Shown here: piece after piece, positions 50,501 through 64,000 of the stretch
How positions within the stretch are numbered: position 1 is the stretch's first letter
Layout: each line of letters begins with the position of its first letter
Assembly: GCA_964016885.1 (NCBI GenBank)
Contig: OZ024740.1
Coordinates: 380,308,001-380,372,000 of the forward strand
Length of the DNA stretch: 64,000 nt
Reading direction: 5' to 3'
Source: Eledone cirrhosa
Taxonomy: Eukaryota
Notes under the pieces: model-generated
Told to the model about the DNA's origin: nothing
What the model saw: the letters and a program-made list of their open reading frames with translations, nothing else
Database searches by the model: none
Position numbers and translations under genes: made by a program

Positions 50501-51060
50501 TGCTTCGAATGCTTCCTCCGTTCTCTCAACCTCTTCACCTTCATTTCCCACTGGCTCGTTTGTCTGGCATACTCCACTCTCCATTTCCAACCTAATCTCT
50601 CTGCTCAGTTCCTCCAGTTCCAACTCGCTTATCTCTCTATTAGTTCTTATTACCCGAACCTGCCCGGCAAAATTTTTGTTCATCTAATTTAAATAGACCA
50701 ATCTCGTTCCAGATGTTATGCATCTGTTTCCTATAGCCTTTTTCCTTGGGGTTACTCTTCAGGTAACATTGCATAACAGTTCTATTCAATTCTTTCGTCC
50801 AGTTGGTTCTTGTCCCTTTCCTTCTTCTTCTTCCTCCAACACCAACACTATTTGGATGACAGCCAGGTCCCTGCTGCTGGGCCAGGGAGCACTTGCTGAG
50901 TGAGAATCTGTCACATAACGTTCCAGTCTCCTCTTCACCGTTATTCGAACTGTTTAGGTTCGACCTTTAAACACTCATATCGAGGATTGGTGAATGTATG
51001 GTTACATAACCATCGGTGATTTCATAACCCCCGGTAATTTTAGCATGGCACTATCACGCT
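47569..51060 (-). mobile_element. R4/Dong-clade non-LTR retrotransposon (RT, CCHC, RLE), frameshifted; 5' boundary approximate
   Basis: N-terminal WTKELN..VMQCY...GYRKQM..IW; YRPITSL, EQKGC, DYKKAFD.VPH, RGIFQGD, HLLFMDDLKL, YKYLG, RLYL.R..GGRGL, CRIC...ETVAHIVSEC, RPDLVV..LIVDVACP; 3' end abuts (TAA)n. Confidence 0.92.
47643..48638 (-). pseudogene. C-terminal CCHC + restriction-like endonuclease segment of the R4/Dong ORF
   Basis: 331-aa open segment with RHD, RPD..D motifs and VPIVIGALG. Confidence 0.9.
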
Positions 51061-51516
51061 GTAGACTAACATAAATAAATAAACAAATAAATAGATAAAA
51101 ACTTTAAAAAATAAACATAAGTTTCATTGTAATGTTTGAATGTCTGACTTAGTTTTTTTTTGTTTGTTTGTTTTTTTCCTTTACGTTTTACGTTTTTCAA
51201 GGCCAGTAACATCGGTTACTAGTGTTGTTGTTGCTGCTGCTGCTAAGGGAAGTAGGGGTTGTGTTCAAAACTTTTGAAATTTGTGTCTGTTGTCTGTGTT
51301 CTGTTCTATAATTTTTCGACTTGTTGCTTATCATTATTATTTTGCCTTTCATCCTTACGGGGCCGACAAAACAAAGCACCAGCAACACACCGGGACAATT
51401 GCTGGCCCCGTGCCAAAAACAGAAACAAATATTATTATTATATTATAGTTTAGATTTGACATCGTTTAAACTAAACATTTTGAGAGAGTTTAGAGATACA
51501 ACAACAATAATTATTT

Positions 51517-51583
51517 TGTCCTGTATGGTCCTGTACTGTCCTTAATGTCTACTTTGTGTAAACCCTTGTGGTTAATAAAGAAA
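51517..51583 (+). mobile_element. 3'-terminal stub of the Tx1-like LINE
   Basis: tcctgtatggtcctgtactgtccttaatgtctactttgtgtaaacccttgtggttaataaagaaa matches 47450-47514; preceded by aataattatt. Confidence 0.85.
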
Positions 51584-51607
51584 GTAAGCATTATTATAAT
51601 TGTTGTT

Positions 51608-51798
51608 GGATTGGCAGTATCGGTAGAGGGTCGGACGCCATGCTTTCCAGCATAGTTACGTCCCTTTACGATCTGAGTTCAAATCCCGCCGAGGTTGACT
51701 TTGCCTTTCATCCTTACGGGGTCGATAAAATAAAGTACCAGTAATGCACTGGGTAATTGCTGGCCTTGTGCCTAAAGTAGAAACAATTATTATAATTG

Positions 51799-51845
<47 letters not shown>

Positions 51846-51846
51846 G
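51608..51846 (+). mobile_element. SINE family A with long (ATT)n tail
   Basis: Full set of motifs; a truncated copy also lies at about 51341-51440. Confidence 0.9.
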
Positions 51847-51921
51847 ATATTTGCTCTACGGTTTTATATATACTTATATATTATATATATACAGAGAGAG
51901 AGGGATATATATATATATATT

Positions 51922-52788
51922 TATAAACACACAGACACCCATCAATATCTGAATTTTAAGTCGTGCCATCCGCCTCATACAAAACGCAACATCCCATACT
52001 GCCTAGCCAGAATAATTTGTACCATTGTAGAAGATACGAATACCAGGTACAAACGCCTAACAGAACTAAGAGAATTTTTGCTCAAACAAAAATACCCATC
52101 TCTACTTATAGAAAATGGCATACAGCGGGCTATAAAAATACCTATACAACAACTTAGAACAACCCAAGGAAGAAGAAACCAAGAACTGGTCATACCATTT
52201 ATAATGACACACAACCCATGTCACCAGAATATCTTCAACACTGCCAAAGCAAACCTACCGATCATTGCTCAAAGTAATGAATTAAAAGGCTTAATCACAG
52301 ATCGATCTTTGACTCTTAGTAAAAGACAGCCAAAAAATTTGAAGCAATTGCTAACAAAAGCAAAGTTTGACCTTAACAACAAAGACCAATCATTCACTGT
52401 ATCTAAATGCAATGATAATCGATGCGGCACATGTCAATCCATACACGCCGGTCAATATATGAAAACAAAAACTGGAAAAATATTCCCAAATGCAAATATG
52501 AAATGCAAAAGCAGAAATCTAATTTACTGCATTAAATGCCCGAATTGTGAAGAACTATATGTCGGTCAAACTGGAAATGCACTATCGGAACGTGCACGGG
52601 TACACCGTCAACAAATCAGAGACCCAAATGTCCGTCAGATACCCCTAAGCGGCCACCTGGCAACATGTGGTCAGGGAATATTTATAATATTCCCATTCTA
52701 CAAATTACACAGCCCAAGTGAAATCAAGAGAAAAATCAAAGAAAAGAATTTTATTGATAAATTCAAACCCAAGCTAAATGAACAATAA
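51922..52788 (+). CDS. PLE thumb + GIY-YIG endonuclease, open but 5'-truncated
   Basis: Real part of the 330-aa ORF; its N-terminus is microsatellite artefact. Confidence 0.85.
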   Translation, partial: YKHTDTHQYLNFKSCHPPHTKRNIPYCLARIICTIVEDTNTRYKRLTELREFLLKQKYPSLLIENGIQRAIKIPIQQLRTTQGRRNQELVIPFIMTHNPCHQNIFNTAKANLPIIAQSNELKGLITDRSLTLSKRQPKNLKQLLTKAKFDLNNKDQSFTVSKCNDNRCGTCQSIHAGQYMKTKTGKIFPNANMKCKSRNLIYCIKCPNCEELYVGQTGNALSERARVHRQQIRDPNVRQIPLSGHLATCGQGIFIIFPFYKLHSPSEIKRKIKEKNFIDKFKPKLNEQ

Positions 52789-53164
52789 TAACGCCTAGGG
52801 GTATTACTTCTACTACCACTATGACCACGACCACTAACAACAACAACAACAACAATAATAATAATAATAAAAGTGATGTTGATGGTGATGATTAATAGAA
52901 AATGCTATTTTCATCATTTCAAAAAAAGCAAAACAATTGATACGTTGGATATGACTATTGGTCGTTAGCATGCTCAACAAGCCGTGACGCTTAAACCAAT
53001 CAGCTGTAGTAATTCAGTGAAACTACACACTGATTGGTCGAAATACAGTTTACAGGACTTTGCATTCTGGAGCCACTTTTCTCTGTATAAAATGTATAAA
53101 AGGTAGGAAATTTACCCATCTCATTACAGTTGAAAATTGCAAACTCGACTGTCACCACATATCA

Positions 53165-53203
53165 TGAACCTGAAGATTGCGAAAGCATGAAAGTACTTGT
53201 TCA
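53165..53203 (+). ncRNA. Minimal type I hammerhead ribozyme
   Basis: tgaac-CTGAAGA-ttgc gaaa gcat-GAAA-gtac-TT-gttca. Confidence 0.9.
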
Positions 53204-53319
53204 ATTAACACTTAGAATTTAATATTCTATCATACTATTTCATTATAATACCATATTATATATATTTTAAAGGATTGTAAATAAAACGATTAAATCAGAC
53301 AAAGTTGGAATTCCTCTTA

Positions 53320-53439
<120 letters not shown>

Positions 53440-53758
53440 GGTGCAGACGCAAAGAGAGATGCACAGACAGATATGAATACGTAGACTATAGAAAAAGATG
53501 GCTAGATCAAAAGACAAAAATAGAAATGTATACTATTGCTTCTGGTAATTTCCGGAAATGAAAGTGACATTGTTTCTTCCAGTTTTATTATCATATTAGT
53601 AATTTAAAATTCCAAAATTCTATCTGAAAAATATGCATTTTTATGGAAGTAGTGAGACAACCAGCAGAGTGTGTGTGTGGGGGGGGTTTAAATTGTAGCT
53701 ATTCATACATACATATATGTGTGTGTGTGTCAGTGTGTGTGTACATACATATAAATAC

Positions 53759-53831
<73 letters not shown>

Positions 53832-54160
53832 GAACATAGAAATAAAAACAGAATCTACACACAGAAAAGACGTAATGTTTAAACAAATCACAGAGGCAAT
53901 AAACATAAATGAACTCCAACAAAAATTAAATAGAAAACATGACTGGAATAGCAACATCACAACTTACAATTAAGGACAAAATGAAATCACACACACACAT
54001 AGAACAAACACCCAACCTGTAACATGTAAATAAACAAATAAATAAACAAATAAAACACCCGGATGTAACACATGCGCAAACTAAGCACACAACACACACA
54101 AAAACAAGATGGCGTAGGACAGAACAAAGGAGAGGCACAAAACAAAGAAAAGAATCCCCA

Positions 54161-54203
54161 GTCACTGAAGAGGTCACAGAATGTGTGACGAAAGAACTTT
54201 GAC
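54161..54203 (+). ncRNA. Minimal type I hammerhead in an orphan PLE 3' fragment (about 53828-54290)
   Basis: gtca-CTGAAGA-ggtcac agaatgt gtgac-GAAA-gaac-TT-tgac. Confidence 0.8.
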
Positions 54204-54432
54204 AATATATGAGCAACCGTCCGGTTATGGAACCAACCAACCAACCGGAAATTTATAAAATCTTAAATTTATAAATTTAATTTATAATAAATTGGAGTGA
54301 AAGCAACTGGTGCGTGTGTTTCTTATTGGCAACAATACCCTCCCAAAGCATAACAATATCGGTTTCAACACACGTTTTCAGATAAAGAATCTTGCTAAAC
54401 AAATTCGGAAACGAAACATATATATATATATG

Positions 54433-55447
<1,015 letters not shown>

Positions 55448-55566
55448 GCAATTCTCTCTTTGTGTTCTTTATGCATTATTTATTGGTGTCTGCAATATTT
55501 TCAATACCATCATATTTGTCTTCAGATATTATAGCAATATCAAGTGCACTAGTGCAATATACCCCT

Positions 55567-55685
<119 letters not shown>

Positions 55686-55696
55686 TATATATATAT

Positions 55697-56143
55697 AAAA
55701 ATAGATAGATATATAATATGTAATGTTCACGTGGCACTATGGTCGTTTTTAGAGAGAATTGAAGCTAAATATGCGAGACCTCAGAGATTTGACATAGGAA
55801 TAACAAGACATATACGCTATCTGCAAGATATCTTGCAGATAGCGTATATGTCTTGTTAAATAAGAGTATCTAAATAAAGTTGAGGATTTTGCTGCATGAA
55901 ATGATACCATATAAATCTTTTGAAAACTTAGTGGCTATATAGGTATAATATTTATTCTGTCCCTGCGTTTTGTCACCTAATTAGATTATTCTCTATAAAA
56001 TATTAGATATGTGGTTTCCTATGGTATTGACAGTGGCAATATACCTATGTCAAATCTCTGAGGTCTCGCATATCTAGCTTCAATTCTCTCTAAAAACAAC
56101 CATAGTGCCACGTGAACGTTACATATTATATATCTATCTATTT

Positions 56144-56145
<2 letters not shown>
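55697..56145. mobile_element. TA-flanked element with ~101-bp inverted termini and an internal perfect 58-bp palindrome
   Basis: 55697-55798 vs 56044-56144 inverted; 55801-55858 perfect palindrome; third terminal stub at 56176-56212. Confidence 0.8.
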
Positions 56146-56177
<32 letters not shown>

Positions 56178-56232
56178 AAATAGATAGATATATAATATGT
56201 AAAGTTCACGTTATATATATATATATATATAT

Positions 56233-56438
56233 AAAGTTTAATATAGAAATGGTTTCTATGTGACTAGAACTGTTTCATTCAAAGAAAAAATCACCAGGAA
56301 AGTGCTTTCCTGGTGATTTCATTTGAATGAAACACTTCTAGTCCTGTAGAAAGCCTTTCTATACTAAACTTGATTTTTACACTCTGCTAATGTATTGAGT
56401 AGCTTACTAACTGTGGTTTCCCCGATTGAACCCAGGAC

Positions 56439-56443
<5 letters not shown>
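56233..56443 (+). mobile_element. Hairpin-plus-tail mini-element of a second sequence family
   Basis: Arms about 56235-56302 / 56305-56370 centred on ccaggaaag-tg-ctttcctgg, then an ~73-bp unpaired tail; (TA)n flanks. Confidence 0.75.
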
Positions 56444-56500
<57 letters not shown>

Positions 56501-56502
<2 letters not shown>

Positions 56503-56695
56503 CGAAGGAAGAGTAGTAAGGAACCAGATGGACCATAACGCACCAGAGTACTCAATACTTAAGGTAGTCGAGTGGGTAATAGGAAAATGTTTGACCTCAT
56601 CGGCAGAGCTCAAGCTGTTTCGACGGCTATTTCTGGAGTCCAGAAATAGCCGTCTAAATGGCTTGAACTCTGCCGTTGGGGTCAAACATTTTCCT
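56501..56695 (-). mobile_element. Hairpin-plus-tail mini-element H3
   Basis: Same family as H1 and H2; tail 56501-56580, arms centred on ctggagtccag. Confidence 0.85.
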
Positions 56696-57159
56696 ATATA
56701 TATATATATATAAAACAACGCATTACACATTTACAGTTTAGTGCCCCCCCCCCCTGGATTTGTTTCCTCACACCTTTCTTGATATTGGATATTTTGCTAA
56801 CAGACGTTTTCAATGAAGTAGATAACGATTACGTTAATAAAATAGGTTTTTAGAAAATTGTCATTTTCACCCAGAGAAAATGTTGGGAAGTTCTCTGTGA
56901 TCTTGAAATGAAGGAACACCAAACTTGAGGTATTTATAGAGGACCTATTCTTACGATAAATGTACCATCTTACATTGTTACGTTTGTAAATATGTTTAAA
57001 CATTGACAACTACTCCACCCCCACACACTACCACCATACATACATTTACGACAACTCGAAACGGAAGTGATGAAATTGGAGTGGGATTTGGCCTACGACT
57101 ACTTAGCGTAGACTTTCCCGGGGAGGCTTAAGAAGGAGATCCCTCTCTATTTGGAGCGG

Positions 57160-57578
57160 TGTCTTTTTTCTCTTTTTTCAAAAATTCGGGTTATCACTCC
57201 CGATTACCATTGATTGGGTGCCTTACCAGGCTTCTAGACCAACCGGTATACTCGTGTCAGCCAGAGAATACTTTCTTTTAACATATCAGGTCGAATTTCT
57301 TCCTCCCCAGCGACTTTGCCACATTTGAGCTCTTTAATTGCTCTTGTGATCTCAGCCTCCAAGAGATTAGTCATTGCTCCCAGATGAACCTCGTGTATAT
57401 CAGATGATGTTGTGATCAGGTTTAGGAGATCAGCAAAATTGTCTCTCCAACTCGTGAGGATTCACTCTCAGACAAAAGAAGAACCCCAGACGCGTTCCTG
57501 ATAACAAGTGTGGAAGAGGACTTCTTATTAAAAAATGTTCGGATGGTCTACTAGAACACTTTACTCTCTCTCTCTCTC

Positions 57579-57654
<76 letters not shown>

Positions 57655-58110
57655 GCGATGTTCGTGCCTGTTTGTACCGCAAGTGCAAGAAAGAGATCTT
57701 ATTTCCAAGGCAAGTTTTGTAGTCATCCAAAGCTTTGCTCAAATGTCATCTTTGACGGACCTCTTGATTGAACCAAGGGGTCTTCCTCCCATCCTGCACC
57801 ACACCAAGCCTCTTTTCCCAACAGCATTTAACAGCTGAATCAGGAATTTCTGAGATGAACAATCTCCACTCCGTTTCAACGTCCTATGTTTGCACAGGGA
57901 ATTCTCTGAATTTCGGATGCTATAGTATCTGCATACCTGGCCCTGACTTCCTTATCCACCTTTCCACTTTATCCTGTAGGTCGACCTGGACATGTCAGTT
58001 TTGTACGCATCTTTGGCATTAGGTCGTCTCATGTTGCATATCACTAGCCTGTTATCAGTTGACAGCTCAGCTTTTCTCTTAACACCGACATTCAGCTCGG
58101 AATCTTAAGA
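57160..58110 (-). pseudogene. Decayed RTE-clade LINE fragment interrupted by (CT)n
   Basis: Reverse strand: AELSTDNRLVIC (end of endonuclease), EAEITRAIKELKCGKVAGEEEIRPDMLK, ILWLTRVY..W..GKAP.QW (pre-RT region). Confidence 0.7.
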
Positions 58111-60432
58111 ACATGTCTTGCATGCTCTTTTCTACAACCTGTGCTCTAAATTCAAATCCCACTGTTCAACTTTGCCTTTCAACTTTTCGGGGTCGATAAA
58201 ATAAAGGCAGTAAATTATTGAAATTGTTTGATCATCGGACTATATTCCTTACCGTATTTATTTCGGCTCTTTGGATTCTGAGTTCAAATCCGGCTGTTGC
58301 TTACTTGCATACAAAATTTAATCCGTTACCCGGTCAACACTACCATCAGTCACCCAAGTAGAAACAAAAGTAATAAAATATTTATTTTTTATGTGAAAAG
58401 CGTTTAATTCCTAATATATTGATTGATTTCCCATGCATCTAAAACTGATCTGGATATGTTTTTCTTTCTATATTTCTTTTGATGCAACAATAAATCGATG
58501 TTTAATCATTTTTTAATGCATTTTCCCAGTACTCTACCTGTCGAATACATGATAGATTGTATTTATCTGTAAGTACATGTTTCGTATTTTTATCAGTTTT
58601 TTTGGCAAGCATGATTTACGTTGTTTAATGCATCTAAGCCTCTTACGATTATTTCAACATATCACTTAACGGTACATTATATGCTAAGTTGGTGTTTTTC
58701 ATGAAGCGATTTCCAATCTTCAATTATTCCAAGTCATTTCATAACTTGATGTATATGTCTGTAGTGTCAGCTGTTTGTATGTGTGCACGCTTCTGTTCTC
58801 ATTATTTTTGTTGCAGTTTTTTTTAAACCCAAGTTATCCCTAATCAAGTAGAACTATGATCAAAGACATGACAATGTCACCATTCCGTTTTTCTTTTATA
58901 AACTAGACTGTCCAATGTATCCTTCCGTTGTTTAAGATAATACTCTGTAGTTTAATGGAATTCAGGTGTTATTTCTGAAGATTATACCAGCCCACCATTT
59001 ATATTAGTTATGCTACTAGTAGGTAGTAAATTAGGAAAGTCTTTAAATTCTCGAACAAAATGACTTGCAGTATTTCAGGCTCTCTGCCCACTGAGTTCAA
59101 ATCTTGCCATCATCAACTTTGCCTTTTTATCCTTTCAAGGTCAATACCTTGCTATATTTGCTATATTTGTCCCGGCTCTTTGAGTTCTGAATTTAAATCT
59201 CAAGCGGCATTCTTAATATGTCATCCGGTTTAAGACCTCCACCTATATATTTAGTGGAGTTCATTCTGTTGCAAGCATTCAGGCCTTGCCACCTGTTTAA
59301 AGATACCCATCTCTTCTTCCCTTGTAAAGTCTCATGGTCATTGCTCTTTCCGCCCTGACTAAACATTAGAAAAGAAAATTTGCCAAGCCTCTGACTTCAA
59401 TCTCCCCTTTATAGACAAAATACTCGAGACAGAAGTAACGCAGTTGTTGCTACAGTGAGCTTTAATCCTCACAGCCCCTGTCATGACATGACAAATCACT
59501 TCTAAGGACGCAAATATATGCACACTATAGAAGATTATTACTGCAACAGCATCCTAAAACACTATTTCTCCCTGTCCAGCCAGACAAACTTTTTAAAAAT
59601 TACATACACAGAAATAGCTGTAACATCACTGTCCCTTTTAGCTTCAAGTACTCAGGGATTACAATAATGAATGAAAAAAAAACGGTAACTGTCACGATTT
59701 GATCGAGTCCATCTTATCCACATCCGTTGTAACTACCACCAGAATTTATGAACGAACAACAAATGTGATCACGTTATCTGCTAGAAATAGCAACAAAATC
59801 TTCCTCAAATTAGTCTCTACAACATTGAAAAGACGAGGGCCTGGTGGGCATGAATGGAACGCTTTGATTATAGGTCTGCTTAGTCAGTGCTGACTTGTAA
59901 CTAAACGACAGCGACAAAAGACACATAAAAACATACTGGATAGTAGAAAGAGTTCTACATGTCAGAACTGTTAAATTAATTTCCATACGATTCATCACAA
60001 TATATCGAGATGTCCGATATGGTTCTCAGCTAGGCAGAGATTTGATATAACTGGGGGAAAGTACATTAGGGGATCACACCTTGCCATTCATCACATTGCC
60101 TGCATGCTATATGATGTTTCGCTCAGAGCTGATCTGAATTATACAATAACTCATATACCAATATTAACGCAAATATATGCACACTATAGAAGATTATGAC
60201 TGCAATTGAATCTGACCAACTGTAACTATTTATCATAATTAGTGGCATCCGTGAACATTACACGTTTTATACAGATATTAGAGGAAATAGGAAAGCAGAT
60301 TGATTAACGAAAGAGGGAACAAAAAGGGAAAAAAATTGATATAGACTACATTCCCAAATTTATCATAATTAAAATCATTTAGCAAAAATATAATTAGTCA
60401 ATGTTAGTAGGAATCTAGAGATAAGCTCTCAA

Positions 60433-60790
60433 ATGTCAATCCCTCTTTATCTCAGCCAGTCATTATTTAAAACATATCAATCAGTGAACAATATCAATAA
60501 ACAAAGTTTATGTTGGCTTCGAACGCGTGATATACCGTTGAACTATATTTTATCACAAACAGGTCGAAGAGATTCACCCCTACGTTCTTGCGAAAACTGC
60601 ACAGAAACTCTTTGGCACTGCTTGTTCCAATGCAAAAACTACCCGTCTGGGAGAGAGGACATCTTTAAGCTGATCATTAAAAATCTACCAAGATTGGAGA
60701 TACAATAGATCTGCCAATTATAAACAAGTTCTTTCAGTACATGGAGGCAACATGGCTTATTAGCTCCATACGGACTTTTACATTAATTAA
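60433..60790 (+). pseudogene. Possible C-terminal zinc-finger remnant of a non-LTR retrotransposon
   Basis: WLRT...PLN..L and CENCTETLWHCLFQC..Y...R motifs. Confidence 0.5.
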
Positions 60791-61810
60791 ATAAATGAAT
60801 ATAGCATTGTTTCATTGTGTTAAAAATTGTCTTAAATTTTGTTCCATGGTTAAGTATGTTTAAAGCATAACAATGGAACTTGGTTCATTGTGTTAAGGAT
60901 TTCGATTATATCGTCGAATTTTTTTCAAATATGTGTTGTTTTAACAACAATATTTTTATAATATTCTGATTTTATAAAAAACAAAACAAAAAGAAAAACA
61001 ACAACGTTCGAATTTCAGCCATTTACAACTTTCCAGATTCATTTGGTTGTTATGAAAACAAACTTTTTCGGTATAAATATTCGTCATAGATTTCAGAAAT
61101 CAACAAAGAAACCGCAAATAATTGTTTTGTCTGTGTATTTAATAGAAATAATAAAGGATCAGGTGCGAAAGTAAAGAAAGATTACAAAGATTATGTCTTT
61201 GAAAAGAAAGAATATGTAATGACAGATATTTTAACAAGACAACCAGGTAGTTTCTGAGTACACTGAATATCTAGAATTAGTGTGAACTCGCCAACATATT
61301 ATTACAGTAGCACTGATAAAATTGCTTTGTAATGTTGAGAGACACTATTATGTTATCGTTTATATAATTATTCATGAATATTGACCTTCGTGGTAAAATG
61401 TTTCTTGTATTAATACCCTTAAAAGTAAGATAACAGCAAAAGTAATATTTTTAAATGTAAGATAAAAACGACCATGATTAAAGAAGGATGACAAAACACG
61501 GAAAGAAAGATGATGTATCAAAAATATTTTTGTTCACACTATGAAGCAAATTACGTACTTTAGAGGATTGAAAACGTACAATAGAAATAGTGTTTCTTAG
61601 TTCAATCCTCGCTAACGGTAGACATAAATGACTATCGATCGAAATTAAACATATGAAAGATAGCATTAATTGTCAAAAAAAAAGCCGATATGACTCTAGC
61701 AATATATCAATACTAACCATTGAGATATAGCATATAAAAAAGGATTATGCTAAAAGCTACATTGATTTTATAGATTGCTGTGGAAGCTCTCTCGGCATCC
61801 AATGCACATA

Positions 61811-62069
61811 TTTTAAATCGGTGCTATATAGACCAAATGAGGTTATTCCAACCTCTCAGAAATCACTCCAATATATCAATATGCTTAAATATTCAATAAC
61901 TATTATAGAAAATAACCTAATAAATCTTCTAAAGAGATATTTTTAGAAGAAAACTTTGTATTGAGTTCTTTTCGATAACAGATATTAAATTTTTAAGAAT
62001 ATTGATATATTGTAGTGATTTCTGAGATGTTGGAATAACCTCATTGGTTTATGTAGCACACAATTAAAA
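61811..62069. repeat. Imperfect foldback (MITE-like) palindrome
   Basis: aatgaggttattccaacctctcagaaatcact..aatatatcaatat vs atattgatatatt..agtgatttctgagatgttggaataacctcatt. Confidence 0.8.
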
Positions 62070-62547
62070 CCAAAAGATAAGCGTTAGCATAACCAAAACG
62101 TTTCCCTATTTATATAAACGGGTGGTTTTCTGCTAGCACGTGTAGTGTGTATATTGATATTATACGCAAGTATATATACATGTAGATATGATACATCAAA
62201 TAAAATCGTAATTGACAATATAAACAGAAATTGAACGAAGACGTTGTTACACTGTCTTATGTAATCAGTTACGTAATCCATGATACATTAAAAAAAGACG
62301 ATATTATATATAAACTGCATTGGGAGAAAATTAGTATGTTTATTTAAGTGATCACCACCGGAAGTGTTGACATCACACACTCTCTCTTTCTATATATAAA
62401 GTAGTTGAAGTGGTGGTGGTGGTGGCAACTTTGAAAAGAAGTCAATTTTAAATTATTTATTTTTACGAAATTATTTTTGTTTACGAAATTTAGTAGATTA
62501 TGTAATATTCATTCATTATTTATTCAAAGTATAATAAAGTATAATTC

Positions 62548-62822
62548 AAACTATAATAAAGGAAGGTCTGCGGGACTGCGTACGGTTTATTTTTTTTTTA
62601 TCCCGTTAGTAAAATAAGTTGGATTACTTTGAATAAATAATTGTTTCTACTTTAGGCACAAGGCCAGCAATTACCCAGTACCAGTAATGCACTGGGTAAT
62701 TGCTGGCCTTGTGCCTAAAGTAGAAACAATTATTTATTCAAAGTAATCCAACTTATTTTACTAACGGGATAAAAAAAAAATAAACCGTACGCAGTCCCGC
62801 AGACCTTCCTTTATTATAGTTT
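62548..62822. repeat. Perfect 132-bp inverted duplication centred on a SINE 3' fragment
   Basis: 62548-62679 is the reverse complement of 62691-62822, with an 11-bp spacer. Confidence 0.92.
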
Positions 62823-63715
62823 AGATTAGATGATGAAAATCAGAACTTGTACTGTAAAATAAAAATTAAAAAAAGAATGAGAAACACTATATTTACAAGA
62901 AAGCATCACTTCACGATTATTATATTCGAATTGTGAATGAAATTGTCTATATATTTATGTATCCCAATATAGTTACAGGTGAGCCGATATTTGCTGACAT
63001 TCCAGCTCAGATTTACATAAGAAAAATGCAATAAGTCCTTCGTGAAGAGTCAAACTGCTTACAAACATTTTGACAAATAACTAAAGATATATTAATCGGT
63101 GAATTAGATACTCCTTCAATTCGAAGGTCAGATTACGTTATACACGAATGTTGGCAATTGAACAATATTACTCATTAAATCTTTATAATCAATCATCTGC
63201 CAATCTACCAGATAAAAGCAGACTACACTTCATCTTTTGACCGGCATTCAATTTCTCTACAGACGTAGGGTTGCTGGAGATCACTCAATCTGCTATAAAT
63301 ATCAACAAAATCCCCTTCACATTTTCCCCTGGCCATATTAAATCAAGGATATACTGGACAATGCAGTTAATCCCTGATATACAAATGTTGAGAAAGGTAG
63401 CAATTTGAACGCTTTTGTTCGTAGGTCTGTTCAACCAAGGCTGATTGGAGTTAAATAATAAGAAAAACGATTTCTTTTTGGCAAAGTTCAAATAAACAAA
63501 TATTATAGAAAGTTGTGCAAAGACAGATTAGGAAACCTATCTTGAAGAATTTCCTTTTGTGGTATAAAACTACTTTGTTTTAATATTTAGTTATTTATTG
63601 TACAGTATATGTAATTATACGGAAATAAGTTAGATAATATTAGTTCATAATTAATTTTTACTCAGTGTTGCTTATAGATAATTAATTCATATATTGACGT
63701 GATTATTTCAAAGTT

Positions 63716-63778
63716 TTGGGCATAAACATGCGTATTGGGACATAAACATGCGTATTGGGACATAAACATGCATATTGA
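63716..63778 (+). repeat. 20-bp minisatellite, about 3 copies
   Basis: ttgggacataaacatgcgta repeated. Confidence 0.85.
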
Positions 63779-64000
63779 GAAGAAATGTGCATATTTAAGA
63801 ATAAACGCCCTCTAAAAGGTCATTGCATTTATATTTGATGCAGCCCCCTATTCTTCCCATGTATAAATTCTGGATACAGCCATAACGTTCACCTAGCTCA
63901 TAACCTCCCATTTCATCATTGACCATGAATAAAATACATATAGTAGAATGGATTATTTGATATTATATAGGACTGGGGTTTTACCATTAATACAGAAATG

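Larger units (their letters stand above)
51921..53260 (+). mobile_element. 5'-truncated PLE (Neptune-like Cys linker), TA-flanked
   Basis: YKHTDTHQYL.F.S.HP thumb region, C....C..C linker, LIYCIKCPNC..LYVGQT...L..R...H GIY-YIG, PKLN end; 3' region with CCAAT/TATA-like boxes and an HHR. Confidence 0.9.

Noticed and set aside
63262-63397. Possible internal exon (ag...gt bounded open frame DVGLLEITQ...)
   Set aside because: No recognisable homology; such splice-like signals are common by chance.

Overview
AT-rich eukaryotic intergenic or intronic DNA, almost entirely repeats. The SINE and microsatellite content suggests an octopod cephalopod (inference). No host protein-coding gene can be supported. 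Contents: (i) four GIY-YIG Penelope-like element (PLE) copies plus many short derivatives, nearly all in (TA)n tracts; (ii) a near full-length Tx1/L1-clade LINE plus two fragments, all at (ATT)n next to SINE tails; (iii) an R4/Dong-type RLE LINE and an older relic; (iv) RTE relics; (v) an internally deleted mariner; (vi) many tRNA-derived SINEs and several foldback palindromes. The main hidden signal is RNA-level: about 18 hammerhead-ribozyme (HHR) motifs can be read by eye. Seven lie in a non-coding 534-bp tandem array (9871-13459) with a PLE-style inversion, a candidate large non-LTR retrozyme / circRNA replicon. One PLE carries an HHR with a compensatory U3-A8 core, and that PLE has spawned a family of hairpin-plus-tail mini-elements. 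All folds and alignments were done by eye and need computational confirmation.
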